A DNA stretch of 64,000 nucleotides from Candidatus Eiseniibacteriota bacterium (GTDB lineage: Bacteria > Eisenbacteria > RBG-16-71-46): contig CAVQXP010000004.1 in assembly GCA_963717935.1 (NCBI GenBank), positions 640,001 through 704,000 of the forward strand. Reading direction: 5' to 3'. The notes below the pieces were generated by a model, which searched no databases, was not told the DNA's origin, and saw only the letters and a program-made list of their open reading frames with translations. A program made the translations under genes and the position numbers. Positions 46,910-57,868 of this stretch are shown piece by piece. Numbering within the stretch: the stretch's first letter is position 1; each line of letters begins with the position of its first letter.

Positions 46910-47605
46910 CTATCGCAGCACCTCGTCCGGCACCGCCGGCAGTTGCGACATGCCCGTTGCGGGCAGTGCCTGCGGGTCGCGCAGGATCTTCAGTTGTCCC
47001 TGCGCGCGCATGAGCGTGGGCTGGAAGCCGGGGTTCTGCAGCCGGATCTCGGTGTAGACCTGCATCGCGTCCAGCGGCAGGCCGAGGTTCTCGTACGCCT
47101 GTCCCGACCAGCGCCGGACCTGCGCCCACTCGTCGTCGTCGCGCACGTTCGCGACCGCCGAGTCGAGCAACGCCAGCACGTGCAGTTGCATCCGGATCCG
47201 GTCGAGGCTCGTGCGCGCCGCCGAGCGCCCGGGGTTGTCCGCGCTGCCCACCCACATGAGGTTGTGCTGCGAGAGCGCCAGGCCGAGGAGGTATGTCGGG
47301 TTCGTGGGCTCGGTCGCCGCCACGCGCCGGAACCAGCGGACCGAGCGGGCCCAGTCCTGGGCCTGCTCCGCGGCGCGCACGCTGTCCATCAGCACGGCGA
47401 TCGGCAGGGTCTCCTTCGCCGGGCCCGCCGGCGTGGACCTCCGGTGCGCGAGGTTCCACGCCGCGGCGGCGAGGAGGAGCAGCGCGAGCGCGACGAGCGC
47501 GATGCGCGCGGGTGAGGGTCCGCGCCTGCCGGGCCGCGTCGTGCGCCGCCCGGACGCCTCCGCTCCGCCCTGAACGCGTCGCCTTCCGCCGCCGCCCCGG
47601 TTCAT
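46910..47605 (-). CDS. Membrane-anchored helical (TPR-like) hypothetical protein
   Basis: Basic N-terminus and one TM (IALVALALLLLAAAAW); TPR-like helices; ATGA overlap with upstream gene. Confidence 0.55.
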   Translation of the reverse strand: MNRGGGGRRRVQGGAEASGRRTTRPGRRGPSPARIALVALALLLLAAAAWNLAHRRSTPAGPAKETLPIAVLMDSVRAAEQAQDWARSVRWFRRVAATEPTNPTYLLGLALSQHNLMWVGSADNPGRSAARTSLDRIRMQLHVLALLDSAVANVRDDDEWAQVRRWSGQAYENLGLPLDAMQVYTEIRLQNPGFQPTLMRAQGQLKILRDPQALPATGMSQLPAVPDEVLR

Positions 47606-49752
47606 CGCTTGGGGCCCTCGTCGAAACGGAAGGAGACCTCGCGCGCCCCGGCCGGAGCATCCACCCACGAGCTGCCCGTCACGTGCGCGCCCGCGCTCAG
47701 CGCGGCGATCGCGCGCGCCCCATCGGGCACCCGCACGCGCACCGGGACCGGGAGCGAATCGAGCCGCGCGCGCAGCACCCCGGCCGCGGGGCGCTCGAGC
47801 CGCACACTCGTGACGCCGAAGCGGGTGGGCGCCCGCTCGAGGCTCGTGCCGTCCCACCAGGCGAGCGGCGCGCCCAGCGCCACCTCGAGCGTGTCGCGCG
47901 TGTCGCAGACGATCATGTTCCGGATCAGGTCCACGAGCGTCGCGGCCGCGGTCGAGTGCGGTGGCAGGTTGGCGCCGAACCCGCCGGCGCGCTGGAACAT
48001 CTCGGCCTGCCCGAGCGTGCTGCTGCTGTGCGCGAGCAACCCCGCGAGCCAGGCGCGCGCCTCGGCCGGCCGGCCCGCGAGCAACGACCACTGCGCGAGG
48101 TCGGCGCCGAGGTAGGTGTGGAGCGAATCGTCGTCGCCGTAGCAGACGAGCCCGGTCGGCTCGCCGTGGGCGCGCATGCGACGCGCGAGGGCCGCGAGTC
48201 GCGGGTCGTCGGCGGCGAGCACGAGCGTGGGGTAACCCACGTTCGCGTTGCCCCAGTCGCGGCCCGGGCCCGGCCACGAGGGCGGGATGTCGGGGTGGCG
48301 CGTGGCCGCGAGCGCGGCGACGAAAGTCCCGCGGTAGTCGGCCGCGGTGGCGAGTGCCTCGCGGGCCAGCGAATCGTCACCGGCGGCGCGCGCGAGCGCC
48401 GCCACGGCGCGGCAGCCGGCGATGGCCCAGGCGTCGTTCCCGACCAGTGGCGCGCGCACCAGCTCGGCGTCGCGCGGATCGCCGTAGGGGAGCAGGCCCG
48501 CCCAGGGTAGACGCAGGCTGATGGTGTTGCCGCGCTGCCGGCGGATCCAACGCAGGCCATCGCGGGCCGCCGTGAGGAACTCCCTCGCGACCGCGGGCGA
48601 AGGCGGCAGCGACGCCACCTGCTCGAAGGCCCACAGGGCCTGGCCGGTGCCGTCGAGTTGCCCGCGCTGGGAGAGGAACACGCCGGTGGGGAGCTGGAAG
48701 CGCCCGAGCGTGCGGGCGTCGTCGCGCGCGAGGTCCGTGAGCCCCGCGACGGCCAGGGCCCGCACGACGCGCGCGCCGTCGCGCAGCCACACGTCGCGGT
48801 ACTGGAACGGATTCCCGATCGGGACCCAGTGGCCCGCGTCGCGCTCCTGGCAGACGACGAGGGTGACGAGGGCCGCCCGCCAGGCGAGGTCGGTGAGCGT
48901 GTCGGGGGTCTCGAGCGTCGTGGCCCGCGCCAGCCAGTCGCGCCAGAAGCGTCGCGACGCGGACACGATGCGCTCGTGCGAGGCCTGCTCGAGAGCCCGC
49001 CCACGCGGCGCGACGGGGTAGGCCGGCACGAGGAAGTCCCAGTGGCGCCGCTCGCCCGGAGCGAGGCGCGCGGCGCAGCGCGCGACCAGGGCCCCGGGCC
49101 CCGGGCCGGACGTGCGTGCCGGGCGCTGCACCGTGGGCGCGTCGGGTGGCAGCGCGACGGCGCGGTCCACGACGGCGACGACGCGGCCGTTGCGCAGCGC
49201 GGCGCGGCCGCTCCAGGCCTCGGTGAACGCGGTGTCTCCGGGCGCGTCCCAGGGCGCCGCGCCTGGTCCGGCGGGCCGCGCGCGCACCCGGACCTCGAAG
49301 CTCGCCTCGCCCGGCGCGGCGCCCAGCCACTCGGCCGTCGCCCGCACCGAGAGCAACAGGCTCGTGTCGCCGAGGGCGCGCTCGGGCGCGGCCGCCGCCT
49401 CGAACGTGACGCGCTGCCGCGCGTCGGTCAGGGTCCAGTGGGCGACCGGGACGCCGTCGCGCTCGAACCAGACGGGCGAGACGGTGCTCGAGTCGCCGGC
49501 CGGAAGCAGGCGCCACTCGAGGGCGCACTCCCCGGTGGAGACCACGCTGCCGTGCCCGGCCTGGAAGGCGCGCCGCGCGCCGGGCCAGCCGAGCGCCGCG
49601 AGCGAGTGCGTGTAGTGCTCGGGCAGGACCGCGATGCCGGCGCCGGGGACCGCGCGAGGGCCGGAGCAGCCGGACAGCGCGGCGGCGAGCGGGAGCGCCA
49701 GGGCGAGGGCGCGTGCGGATCGCGAACGGGGTGACCGGGGGCTCGAGGACAT
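47602..49752 (-). CDS. Lipoprotein with six-hairpin glycosidase-like (alpha/alpha)6 domain
   Basis: Lipobox LSGC; QYRDVWLRDGA and GQLDGTGQALW motifs resemble (alpha/alpha)6 glycoside hydrolases. Confidence 0.6.
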   Translation of the reverse strand: MSSSPRSPRSRSARALALALPLAAALSGCSGPRAVPGAGIAVLPEHYTHSLAALGWPGARRAFQAGHGSVVSTGECALEWRLLPAGDSSTVSPVWFERDGVPVAHWTLTDARQRVTFEAAAAPERALGDTSLLLSVRATAEWLGAAPGEASFEVRVRARPAGPGAAPWDAPGDTAFTEAWSGRAALRNGRVVAVVDRAVALPPDAPTVQRPARTSGPGPGALVARCAARLAPGERRHWDFLVPAYPVAPRGRALEQASHERIVSASRRFWRDWLARATTLETPDTLTDLAWRAALVTLVVCQERDAGHWVPIGNPFQYRDVWLRDGARVVRALAVAGLTDLARDDARTLGRFQLPTGVFLSQRGQLDGTGQALWAFEQVASLPPSPAVAREFLTAARDGLRWIRRQRGNTISLRLPWAGLLPYGDPRDAELVRAPLVGNDAWAIAGCRAVAALARAAGDDSLAREALATAADYRGTFVAALAATRHPDIPPSWPGPGRDWGNANVGYPTLVLAADDPRLAALARRMRAHGEPTGLVCYGDDDSLHTYLGADLAQWSLLAGRPAEARAWLAGLLAHSSSTLGQAEMFQRAGGFGANLPPHSTAAATLVDLIRNMIVCDTRDTLEVALGAPLAWWDGTSLERAPTRFGVTSVRLERPAAGVLRARLDSLPVPVRVRVPDGARAIAALSAGAHVTGSSWVDAPAGAREVSFRFDEGPKR

Positions 49753-49934
49753 GATGGTCGTGTGACTCTAACGCAGCCGCGGCCGGCGTGCAGCCCCCGG
49801 GCCCGATGGGGCGCGCACCGGCGCGACCGGCCAAGCGTCGTTGCCGGGCCGCGCGCGGGCGCGTAGAGTGCATGCGCTCGTCCCGGACCCGCTCCGCGGG
49901 CGCTCCCGTCACCGCTCCCGTCCACGGAGGGACC

Positions 49935-51551
49935 TTGTCCGACCTCTTCGCTCCCGCGCCCTCCGCGAAGGCCACCGACCCGCAGCACGTGCTCGAAGGC
50001 GTCTTCGGCTTCCGCGAGTTCCGCCCGGGGCAGCGGCGGGTCATCGACGCGGTGCTCGCCGGACGCGACTGCATCGCGGTGATGCCGACCGGCGCGGGCA
50101 AGTCGCTCACCTTCCAGGTCCCGGCGCGGATCCTGCCCGGTCCGGTGCTGGTCATCTCGCCGCTCATCTCGCTGATGAAGGACCAGGTGGACGCGCTCAC
50201 CCGGGTCGGCTTCCGCGCCACGGTCCTCAACTCGACGGTCGAGTTCGACGAGCGCAGGCGCCGGCTGGCGGCGCTGCGGCGCGGCGAGCTGGAGCTGGTC
50301 TACGTCGCGCCCGAGGGGCTCGAAGGGTCGCTGCGCGACCTGATCGCCGGCTGCCGCATCAGCCTCGTGGTGGTGGACGAGGCGCACTGCATCAGCCACT
50401 GGGGGCACGATTTCCGGCCCGCCTACCGGCAGCTCGCGGGGCTCAAGGAGCTGATGGGCGACGTGCCGGTGCTGGCGCTCACCGCGACGGCGACGCGGCG
50501 CGTGACGGACGACATCATCCAGCAGCTGGGGATGCGCCAGCCCGAGGGCTACAAGGGCTCGTTCTTCCGCCCGAACCTGATCATCACCGCGCAGCGGAAA
50601 GGCGACGGAGGGCAACCGCGCAGCGCGAGCGATGGCCTGCTGCAGGCGGGCGCGAAGCGCAACTCGCGGAGCGACATCCTCGGCATCGTGCGCCGCCACG
50701 CCGGCGAGAGCGGCATCATCTACTGCCTCTCGCGGCGCTCGGTGGACTCGCTCTCCGCCTGGCTCGGCGAGCGCGGCGTGCGCGCGCTGGCCTACCACGC
50801 CGGGCTGCCCGACGAGGTGCGCCACGGCAACCAGGATGCCTTCGCGCGCGACGAGTGCGACGTCATCGTCGCCACCGTCGCCTTCGGCATGGGCATCGAC
50901 AAGAGCAACGTGCGCTTCGTCGTCCACCGCGACATGCCGAGGAGCGTGGAGGCCTGGTACCAGGAGATCGGCCGCGCCGGCCGCGACGGGCTCGCGAGCG
51001 ACTGCGTGCTGCTCTACTCGTGGGCCGACGTGATGGGCTACGAGAGGTTCCTCGACGGGATCGAGGATCCGGTGCTGAGGACCGAGACGCGCGCCAAGAC
51101 GGTGGAGATGTTCCGCCTCGCGGACCGCGGCGGCTGCCGCCACCAGGCGCTGGTGCGCTACTTCGACGAGGCCATCGAGCCCTGCGGCGGCTCGTGCGAC
51201 GTGTGCCGCGGGTCCGGGATCGACGCGGTCGTGGCCCGGGCGCCCGGACGCGGTGCGGCGGCGCGCGGCGGCGACGACCTCTTCGAGCGGCCTTCCTCCG
51301 CGAGGTCGCGCAGCCGTGCCGCGGGGGAGATCGTGAACCCCGAGACGTTCGAGCGACTGCGCGCCCTGCGCAAGCGGCTCGCCGACACCGAGGGCGTGCC
51401 CGCCTACATCGTCTTCAGCGACGCCGTGCTGCGGGAGATGGCGAAGCACGAGCCCCGGACGCGCGCGGGGTTGCTCGGCATCTCCGGAGTGGGGCCGGTC
51501 AAGCTCGAGCGCTACGGTGAGGCGTTCCTCGAGGTGCTGCGGGAGGGGTGA
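49935..51551 (+). CDS. recQ: RecQ-family ATP-dependent DNA helicase with HRDC domain
   Basis: [52 protein letters not shown], Zn-binding CRH...[15 protein letters not shown] start after GGAGG. Confidence 0.92.
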   Translation: MSDLFAPAPSAKATDPQHVLEGVFGFREFRPGQRRVIDAVLAGRDCIAVMPTGAGKSLTFQVPARILPGPVLVISPLISLMKDQVDALTRVGFRATVLNSTVEFDERRRRLAALRRGELELVYVAPEGLEGSLRDLIAGCRISLVVVDEAHCISHWGHDFRPAYRQLAGLKELMGDVPVLALTATATRRVTDDIIQQLGMRQPEGYKGSFFRPNLIITAQRKGDGGQPRSASDGLLQAGAKRNSRSDILGIVRRHAGESGIIYCLSRRSVDSLSAWLGERGVRALAYHAGLPDEVRHGNQDAFARDECDVIVATVAFGMGIDKSNVRFVVHRDMPRSVEAWYQEIGRAGRDGLASDCVLLYSWADVMGYERFLDGIEDPVLRTETRAKTVEMFRLADRGGCRHQALVRYFDEAIEPCGGSCDVCRGSGIDAVVARAPGRGAAARGGDDLFERPSSARSRSRAAGEIVNPETFERLRALRKRLADTEGVPAYIVFSDAVLREMAKHEPRTRAGLLGISGVGPVKLERYGEAFLEVLREG

Positions 51552-51721
51552 CGAGCGGGATGCCGCTGCCGCCGGCTGCCGTCGCTCCGGGCCGTGCCCG
51601 TGCGATTCCGGTTGAAACCCCGGCCCGCGAGCGGCAAGCTGGGACGGTCGGCCGGGCGCCCTCAGCCCGGTCGATTCATGTTCCGGGGCAGGGGCGCACG
51701 GCGAACCGCGTCGGAGGGATC

Positions 51722-54078
51722 ATGGCCGTTACAGGCTCCGTCCTCGCCCTGCTCCTCGCGCTCACCGCCGCGCCCGGCGCCCGCGCCGCGCCGGCGCCCG
51801 GCGATACCGTCGGCACCGATTCGGTGGGTGCTGCCCACCGCGTCGTGCGAAGCTTCCCGCCCATCGAGGTGCGCGCTCCGCTGCGGGACCCCCGGTCGAG
51901 CCAGACGGTGCGCTCGATCTCCGGGACCCGTTGCAGAATTTGCCCGTGGACGGCCTGGTGGAGGCGGTCGGGTTGCAGCCGGGCGTGGTCACCCAGGCGG
52001 GCGAGCTGCACGTGCGCGGCGGACGCGGGGGCGAAACGACGGAGTACCTGGACGGCTTCTGCGTGAGCGAACCGGTGCGGCGGCGCTTGCTGGAGTTGCC
52101 GCTCCTCGCACTGCGCGAGGTGGAGCTGGTGACCGGCGCGCCGGAGGCGCAGTACGGCTGCGGTCTGGCGGGGGCGCTGCAACTGCACTCGGTGGACCCG
52201 GGGCCGCGGTGGTCGGCGGATGCGCGCTGGACGACCGACTTCAGCCTCTCGGACCACTACGACCGGGCGAACGCGCGGGTGAACGTGCCGCTCGGGGGGC
52301 TCGGGGTGGTGGCGGCGGGGGACGCGACGTTGGACGGGACGTGGTACCCGACGCTGCGCTCGCAGACGACCTTCGACCTGGCGGGGCTGTCGGTGGCGCG
52401 ACGGACCGAAGACCTGCTGCAGGCCTGGTTGAAACTGGCGCCGGTGCGGTCGCCGCGCCGGTTCGCGGCGCAGGTCCTCACGAGTCGGCGCATCCACCAG
52501 CCGTACGATCCCGCCTGGACGACCGAACGATGGTCGGCCACGACCGGTCAGCCGCTCTACCGGGCCGCGGACCACCTGCCGATCACCGAGGACCGGCAGG
52601 TCGCGGCGCTGCTGTCGGCAGCGGCCGACGACCGCAACCGGCGCGCGAGCGCCACCCTCGGTTGGATGCGCACGCGCAGCGTGAGTTCGGTGAGCGGGGT
52701 GCGCGAGGATCTCTCGCGTCCGTACTACGTGGGCTACGGGAGCGACCCGTTCCAGGTCACGGCGGGGGACTACCCGCTCTACCGCGAGAGCGACAGCGAC
52801 GCGCTCGCGCTACGCGGCGACGTCGAGCGGGGCGCCCCGAACGGCGCCTCGCGCGTCGTGGTGGGGGCGGGGCTGACGTACGAGGACGTGAGGCTGCGGG
52901 AGATGGACTGGACCGTGCCGACGGTCTTCGGCGACCCGATCCTCGATCGCCTGCGCTCCTACGATGCCCATGCTCCCGGCGGCTACGGTTACGCGCAGGG
53001 GCGTCTGACCTCGAGCGGGCTGGTCGTGAACGGCGGGCTGCGGTGCGAGTACTGGACGCCCGGGCCCGCGGGCCACTCGCAGACCCTGCCGTGGGACGGC
53101 CGTGGGGCGCTCCTGATCTCGCCGCGCATCGGGGTCGCCTGCCCGGTCTCGCCGATGGACGTGCTCTCGTTCTCCTATGCGCACATCTCGCAGGCCCCGG
53201 CGCGCGACTTCCTCTACGACCAGCGCCAGGCGATCAGCAACCGTCAGCCGCTCGGCAACCCGGCCCTGAGGCCCGAGACGGTGGTCTCGTACGAGAGCGC
53301 GTTCCAGCACGTGTTCGGGGTCGAGTGGGCGATGCAGGCCTCGGTGTTCTACCGCGAGTTGTACGACCAGATCGGCGCGCGCGACTACGCCGGGGACGGA
53401 CTGCCGATGGAGCTGCGCTACGACAACGCCGGGAACGGGAACGTCATCGGCTTCGAGTGGAGCCTGGCGTGGTCGGAGGACCGGGCCCGCGCCGAGGCGC
53501 ACTACACCTGGATGGACGCGCGGGGCTACGAGTCCCGGCCGGAGGGGGAGCCGTTCGGGGCGATCCGCTCGGTGCGTGCTCCGGTCACCGGGGACGCCCC
53601 GCTCTCCTGGGACCGGAGGCACTCGATCGTCGTGAGCGCGACCCTGCCGTGGCGCAGGTCCTGGGAGGTCTCGTGGTCCACGCAGGTGGGCTCGCCCCTG
53701 CCGTGGACGCCGCACGGGCTGACCGACACGATCCCCGACCCGTCCCTCATCAACAGCGCGCGGCTCACCTGGAGCGAATGCACGAACGCGAGCCTGCGCT
53801 GGAAGCCGCTGATGACGCGGTCGCTGGTCGTCGCCTGCGAGGTGCGCAACCTGTTCGACACGCGCGGCGAGAACGCGGCGACGCTCGACGGCTACCCCAA
53901 CCCGCTGATCAACACGCGCTGGGACGAGTACGGCGCCCATCGCACCGCGACCGGCCGGGGCGGGGGGGGCTACTGGATGGACACCGGCGGCGGGACCGGC
54001 TACTGGGTCGCGGTGCGCGACCCCCGGCTCTACGAACCGCCGAGGTCGGTCCGCATGAGCATCAGCGGAAGCTGGTGA
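51722..54078 (+). pseudogene. TonB-dependent receptor split by a 1-nt frameshift near 51930 (pseudogene or sequencing error)
   Basis: Signal peptide frame from ATG 51722 to ..RSISGT; plug (LHVRGGRGGET..YLDG) and barrel (GNPALRPET, NLFD, PRSVRMSISGSW) continue in another frame from 51931. Confidence 0.75.
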
Positions 54079-54209
54079 GCCGCACCGAAGGAGCCCCGAT
54101 CGCCCGGGCCGCGGCCCTCACTCGCACCGGCCCCGCGTCGGCGCCGCGGCAGCTCCCGCGCCGGCTTCTCGACCTCGCCGGGCCGCGCGTTGTACAGTCC
54201 GGCTCCGCC

Positions 54210-55007
54210 ATGGAAGACCTCCCGGAGTTGACCAGCGCGATCGTCGCCGCGCGCATCCCCTACGCGAACGTCGCGCCGTTCTATGCGTTGTGGCACGAGG
54301 CGCCCTTCGCGGTGCGCAACCTGGTGCCGCGCGACCTGGGTCGCGAGGCCGAGGCGGGGCGCGTGGACTTCGGCAGCATGGCCGCGGGCGACTACCTGCG
54401 GCTCAAGGACCACTTCGAGCTGATCCAGCCCCCGATGGGGGCGGCGGCGCGCGGCGAGGTGCAGTCGGTGCTGCTCTTCTCGCGCCGGCCGGCCGAGGCG
54501 CTCGCTGGCACGCTCGTCTCGGTCACGCCCGCGACCTCGACCTCCGTGCGGCTGCTGCACCTGCTGCTCGACGTGCGCCGCGGGCTGCGCAACGTGCGCT
54601 ACATCCGCGGCCTCGAGCCCGCGCAGGCCGACGGGCTGCTCATGATCGGCGACGACGCGATGCGCATGCGCAACCAGCGGCCCGAGGGCTTCACCCACAC
54701 GCTCGACCTCGGCACCGACTGGCTGGAGTGGACCGGGCTCTCGTTCGTGTATGCCGTCTGGGCGGTGCGCAAGGCGCTCGAGCCCGGCGTCAAGGCGGCG
54801 ATCGGGCGCTTCCTCGAGACCTCGCTCGCGGCGGGGCTCGCCTCGCTGCCCGAAGTCGCGCGCCAGCAGACCGAGCCGGGCTGGCGGCCCGAGGAGGTCG
54901 AGGCCTACCTGCGGCGCTTCCACTACCGGCTCGGCCCCGAGGACCTGAACGGGCTCGAGCGGTTCGAGGCGCTGCTGCACGCCCACGGCCTGGTCGAGTT
55001 GGACTGA
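54210..55007 (+). CDS. mqnA: Chorismate dehydratase (menaquinone futalosine pathway)
   Basis: RIPYANVAPF, VQSVLLFS, TSTSVRLL, LMIGDDA, DLG..W...TGL.FVYAVW. Confidence 0.85.
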   Translation: MEDLPELTSAIVAARIPYANVAPFYALWHEAPFAVRNLVPRDLGREAEAGRVDFGSMAAGDYLRLKDHFELIQPPMGAAARGEVQSVLLFSRRPAEALAGTLVSVTPATSTSVRLLHLLLDVRRGLRNVRYIRGLEPAQADGLLMIGDDAMRMRNQRPEGFTHTLDLGTDWLEWTGLSFVYAVWAVRKALEPGVKAAIGRFLETSLAAGLASLPEVARQQTEPGWRPEEVEAYLRRFHYRLGPEDLNGLERFEALLHAHGLVELD

Positions 55008-55008
55008 G

Positions 55009-55035
55009 GCAACCGTGACCGGGCCCCGTCCGTAG
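55009..55035 (+). promoter_or_regulatory. Candidate ECF-sigma promoter (GCAAC-N17-CGTAG)
   Basis: Upstream of the AIM24 gene; same boxes as at 34978. Confidence 0.45.
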
Positions 55036-55094
55036 GCATCTGCGAGACACGCCGGAGACGATTCCCCGCGCCCACCCGCACCAGGAGCCTCACC

Positions 55095-55904
55095 ATGCCG
55101 GCCATGCACGAAGTGGACTACGAGATCGTCGGTGACGACATGCAGTTCGTGAAGATCGAGCTGGACCCGGGCGAGGCCGTGCTCTCCGAGGCGGGCTCGA
55201 TGATGTACCTCGAGGACGGCATCGAGATGCAGACCATCTTCGGTGACGGCTCGCAGCAGCAGCAGCAGGGCGGTTTCATGGGTGCGCTGCTCAGCGCTGG
55301 CAAGCGCGTCATCGTGGGCGAGTCGCTCTTCATGACCGTGTTCCTCAACCAGGGGCAGGGCAAGCGCAAGGCCGCCTTCGCCGCGCCCTACCCGGGGCGC
55401 ATCCAGGCCATCAAGCTCTCGGACGTCGGGGGCGAGTTGATCGCGCAGAAGGACTCGTTCCTGTGCGCGGCCCGGGGCGTGTCGCTCGACATCGCCTTCA
55501 CCAAGCGCTTCGGCGCCGGGCTCTTCGGCGGCGAGGGCTTCATCCTCGAACGGCTCAAGGGCGACGGCTGGTGCTTCGTGCACGCCGGCGGCGCGCACGA
55601 GGAGCGCACGCTCGCCGCGGGCGAGACGCTGCGCGTGGACACCGGCTGCATCGTGGCGATGCAGCCGAGCGTCGGATACGACATCCAGCTGGTGGGCGGC
55701 ATCAAGACCGCGCTCTTCGGCGGCGAGGGCCTGTTCTTCGCGGTCCTGCGCGGCCCGGGCAAGGTCTGGCTGCAGTCGCTGCCCTTCAGCCGCCTGGCCA
55801 GCCGCATCTACGCCGCCGCGCCGCAGACCGGCCGGGGCGGCCGTGGGGAGGGCTCGATCCTGGGCGGGCTGGGGGATCTGTTGAGCGGCGACCGCGGGAA
55901 CTGA
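55095..55904 (+). CDS. TIGR00266/AIM24 family protein
   Basis: [54 protein letters not shown]. Confidence 0.92.
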   Translation: MPAMHEVDYEIVGDDMQFVKIELDPGEAVLSEAGSMMYLEDGIEMQTIFGDGSQQQQQGGFMGALLSAGKRVIVGESLFMTVFLNQGQGKRKAAFAAPYPGRIQAIKLSDVGGELIAQKDSFLCAARGVSLDIAFTKRFGAGLFGGEGFILERLKGDGWCFVHAGGAHEERTLAAGETLRVDTGCIVAMQPSVGYDIQLVGGIKTALFGGEGLFFAVLRGPGKVWLQSLPFSRLASRIYAAAPQTGRGGRGEGSILGGLGDLLSGDRGN

Positions 55905-55930
55905 TGTCAGGGAGAGCCGGAGCCTGACAC

Positions 55931-55958
55931 GAGGGGGGCGCCCGCGGGCGCCCCCCTC
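55931..55958. terminator. Perfect GC inverted repeat between convergent genes
   Basis: gaggggggcgccc-gc-gggcgcccccctc; no U-tract. Confidence 0.55.
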
Positions 55959-55979
55959 ACGATCCCCGCCGGACGTCCG

Positions 55980-56555
55980 CTACAGCTTCGCGCTCTTCTC
56001 CATCACTCCGTAGAGCTTCTCCTCGAGGAAGGCGAAGGGCCGCATCAGCGCGTACGGATCGGGCGCCTCGAGCACGTCCTTGTCGATGGTGGCGCCGACC
56101 ACGCGCAGCAGGATGATGATCTCCTCGCCGTAGACGATCTCGCGCTCGTAGGCGCACTCGAGGTGTGCGCGGCACTCGGCGATGCCGGGCGGTTTCACCA
56201 GCCGGCTGGCGACGGGGGTGAGGCCCGCGGACTCGAGGGTGCGCGGATGCGGGAGTTCCGACGTGGCCCAGGTCTCCGCCGCCAGCTCGGCTCCGGGGAC
56301 GTTCACCACGCACTCGAGGCCGCGGCGCAGGTTCTTCGCGGTCCAGTGGGCGAGGTTGCAGCCCATCGCCAGCAGCAGCGGCCGGAAGATCATCAGCGAG
56401 AGGCAGCTCTTGGGCGCCACGTTCGAGGCGCCGTCCTCGTTGAGCGTGGTGACAAGGGTGACCTGGTTCATGAGCGGGGTGGGGTGCCAGACCATCCGCT
56501 CGAGCGAGAACGGGACCTTCTCCTTCGCCGCCGGGTCGTTCGGGTTCACCGTCAT
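55980..56555 (-). CDS. Flavin reductase-like FMN-binding (split-barrel) protein
   Basis: LVTT...G..NVAP.S, T.KNL....E.VVNVP, S.LVKPPGI.EC.A.LEC; GGAG RBS. Confidence 0.85.
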   Translation of the reverse strand: MTVNPNDPAAKEKVPFSLERMVWHPTPLMNQVTLVTTLNEDGASNVAPKSCLSLMIFRPLLLAMGCNLAHWTAKNLRRGLECVVNVPGAELAAETWATSELPHPRTLESAGLTPVASRLVKPPGIAECRAHLECAYEREIVYGEEIIILLRVVGATIDKDVLEAPDPYALMRPFAFLEEKLYGVMEKSAKL

Positions 56556-56661
56556 CGCTCCTCCGCGTCTCGTGCTCGGGGTCCGTGCGTCTCGACCGCG
56601 CGCAGTCTCGCCCCCGGCGGGCGCGGGCGCAAGCGGGCGCCCGTGCTCGCGCCAGTCCGGG

Positions 56662-57771
56662 CTAGGGTCTCTCGACGCGCGGCGCGCTGGGGTGGTGGAG
56701 CGCATCCGCCAGGTCGGGGCAGAAGCCGCCGAGCGCGGGGAAGCGCGCGCGCTCCCGCTCGTAGCGCTCGAGTGCCGCCAGCAGCCTCGGCAGATAGGTG
56801 AAGCCGAGGCGCAGTTGCAGGGCGAGCGCCTTCTCCGCGGCGCGGTCGCCTTCCAGGAGCGCAACGAGCCGCACGCCCACCGCGCGCACCAGGTGCTCGT
56901 CGGCGCAGACCTCCCACCGCGCGTAGCCCTGCGGGAGCATCCGCGCGCGCAGCGGCTCGAAGAGGGCCGAGTCGGCGGCGATCCGCAGGCGGCAGGCCTC
57001 GGGCAGGTTGCCGACGAAGACGTGGGAGAACTCGTGCCACAGCAGGGCCTCGAGCGCGTCCGGGCCCCAGAAGCGCGGCCGCCCGTGGCTCGTCCGCGAG
57101 GGGCCGAGGATGGCGTAGCAATCCACGATCCCCGGCGGGCGCTCGACCTCTGCCGCGTAGCCGCCGGCGTGCAGGAGCGGAGCGAGGATCAGGTGGTAGC
57201 CGTGCTCGCGCACCCCGAAGTAGTCCTCGAGCGACCCCACGACCCTCGTGCGCGGCAGCACCCGCCGCGTCTCCTCGACGAGCCTGCGGAACAGGCCTGC
57301 GTGCGCGGCGTGGAATTCCATGAAGCGGCTCTCGGTGGCGAAGTCACGTAGCGAGTCGAGGAAGGCAAAAAGCTGCCTGCGCCCGCCGGCGCGGGTCTCG
57401 AGGTACACCGAGAAGGGCGCGCGCAGTTCGAGCGCGGGGGGCTCCGCGAGGCGCAGCATCACGGCCGGCGGGGCGTCGTGCGTGAAGCCCTCGCGCGCCA
57501 TCCGCGCGAAGAGCGTGACCGCGGGATGCGCCCGCCACGGGGCGAAGCGCTCAAGCGCCTCCCGCCGGTACGAGAGTCCGGCGCCCCCGAGTTGTTCGTA
57601 GCCGGCCAGGCACTGCACGACGGCGAGCAGTTCGATGCGCGGGTCCACCGAGACCTCGATGCGCGCCGAGGCGTCGCGCGGATCCACGGGGGCCCCGGCA
57701 CGCGCCGGGGCGGCCGCAGCCGGGACGAGCCAGGCCGCGATCAGGCAGGTGAGCGAGAGGAGTCGGACCAT
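56662..57771 (-). CDS. Exported DUF4932-like protein with HExxH motif
   Basis: Signal peptide; VDPRIELL; WHEFSHVFV; Y..W...DEHLVRA. Confidence 0.7.
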   Translation of the reverse strand: MVRLLSLTCLIAAWLVPAAAAPARAGAPVDPRDASARIEVSVDPRIELLAVVQCLAGYEQLGGAGLSYRREALERFAPWRAHPAVTLFARMAREGFTHDAPPAVMLRLAEPPALELRAPFSVYLETRAGGRRQLFAFLDSLRDFATESRFMEFHAAHAGLFRRLVEETRRVLPRTRVVGSLEDYFGVREHGYHLILAPLLHAGGYAAEVERPPGIVDCYAILGPSRTSHGRPRFWGPDALEALLWHEFSHVFVGNLPEACRLRIAADSALFEPLRARMLPQGYARWEVCADEHLVRAVGVRLVALLEGDRAAEKALALQLRLGFTYLPRLLAALERYERERARFPALGGFCPDLADALHHPSAPRVERP

Positions 57772-57805
57772 GGCCGTGCCTCCGGGGTCGGGGATGAGCA
57801 TAGCG

Positions 57806-57837
57806 CAGAAACGCGAAGGCCCGCCGGATGGCGGGCC
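57806..57837 (-). terminator. Hairpin downstream of the MBL-fold gene
   Basis: ggcccgcc-ggat-ggcgggcc followed on the minus strand by a short gtttct. Confidence 0.4.
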
Positions 57838-57868
57838 CTCGTCGTCGGAGGCCGCGAGAGTGCCGGGA

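Noticed and set aside
49855..49875. SOS box upstream of recQ
   Set aside because: Only the GTGCA half-site is present
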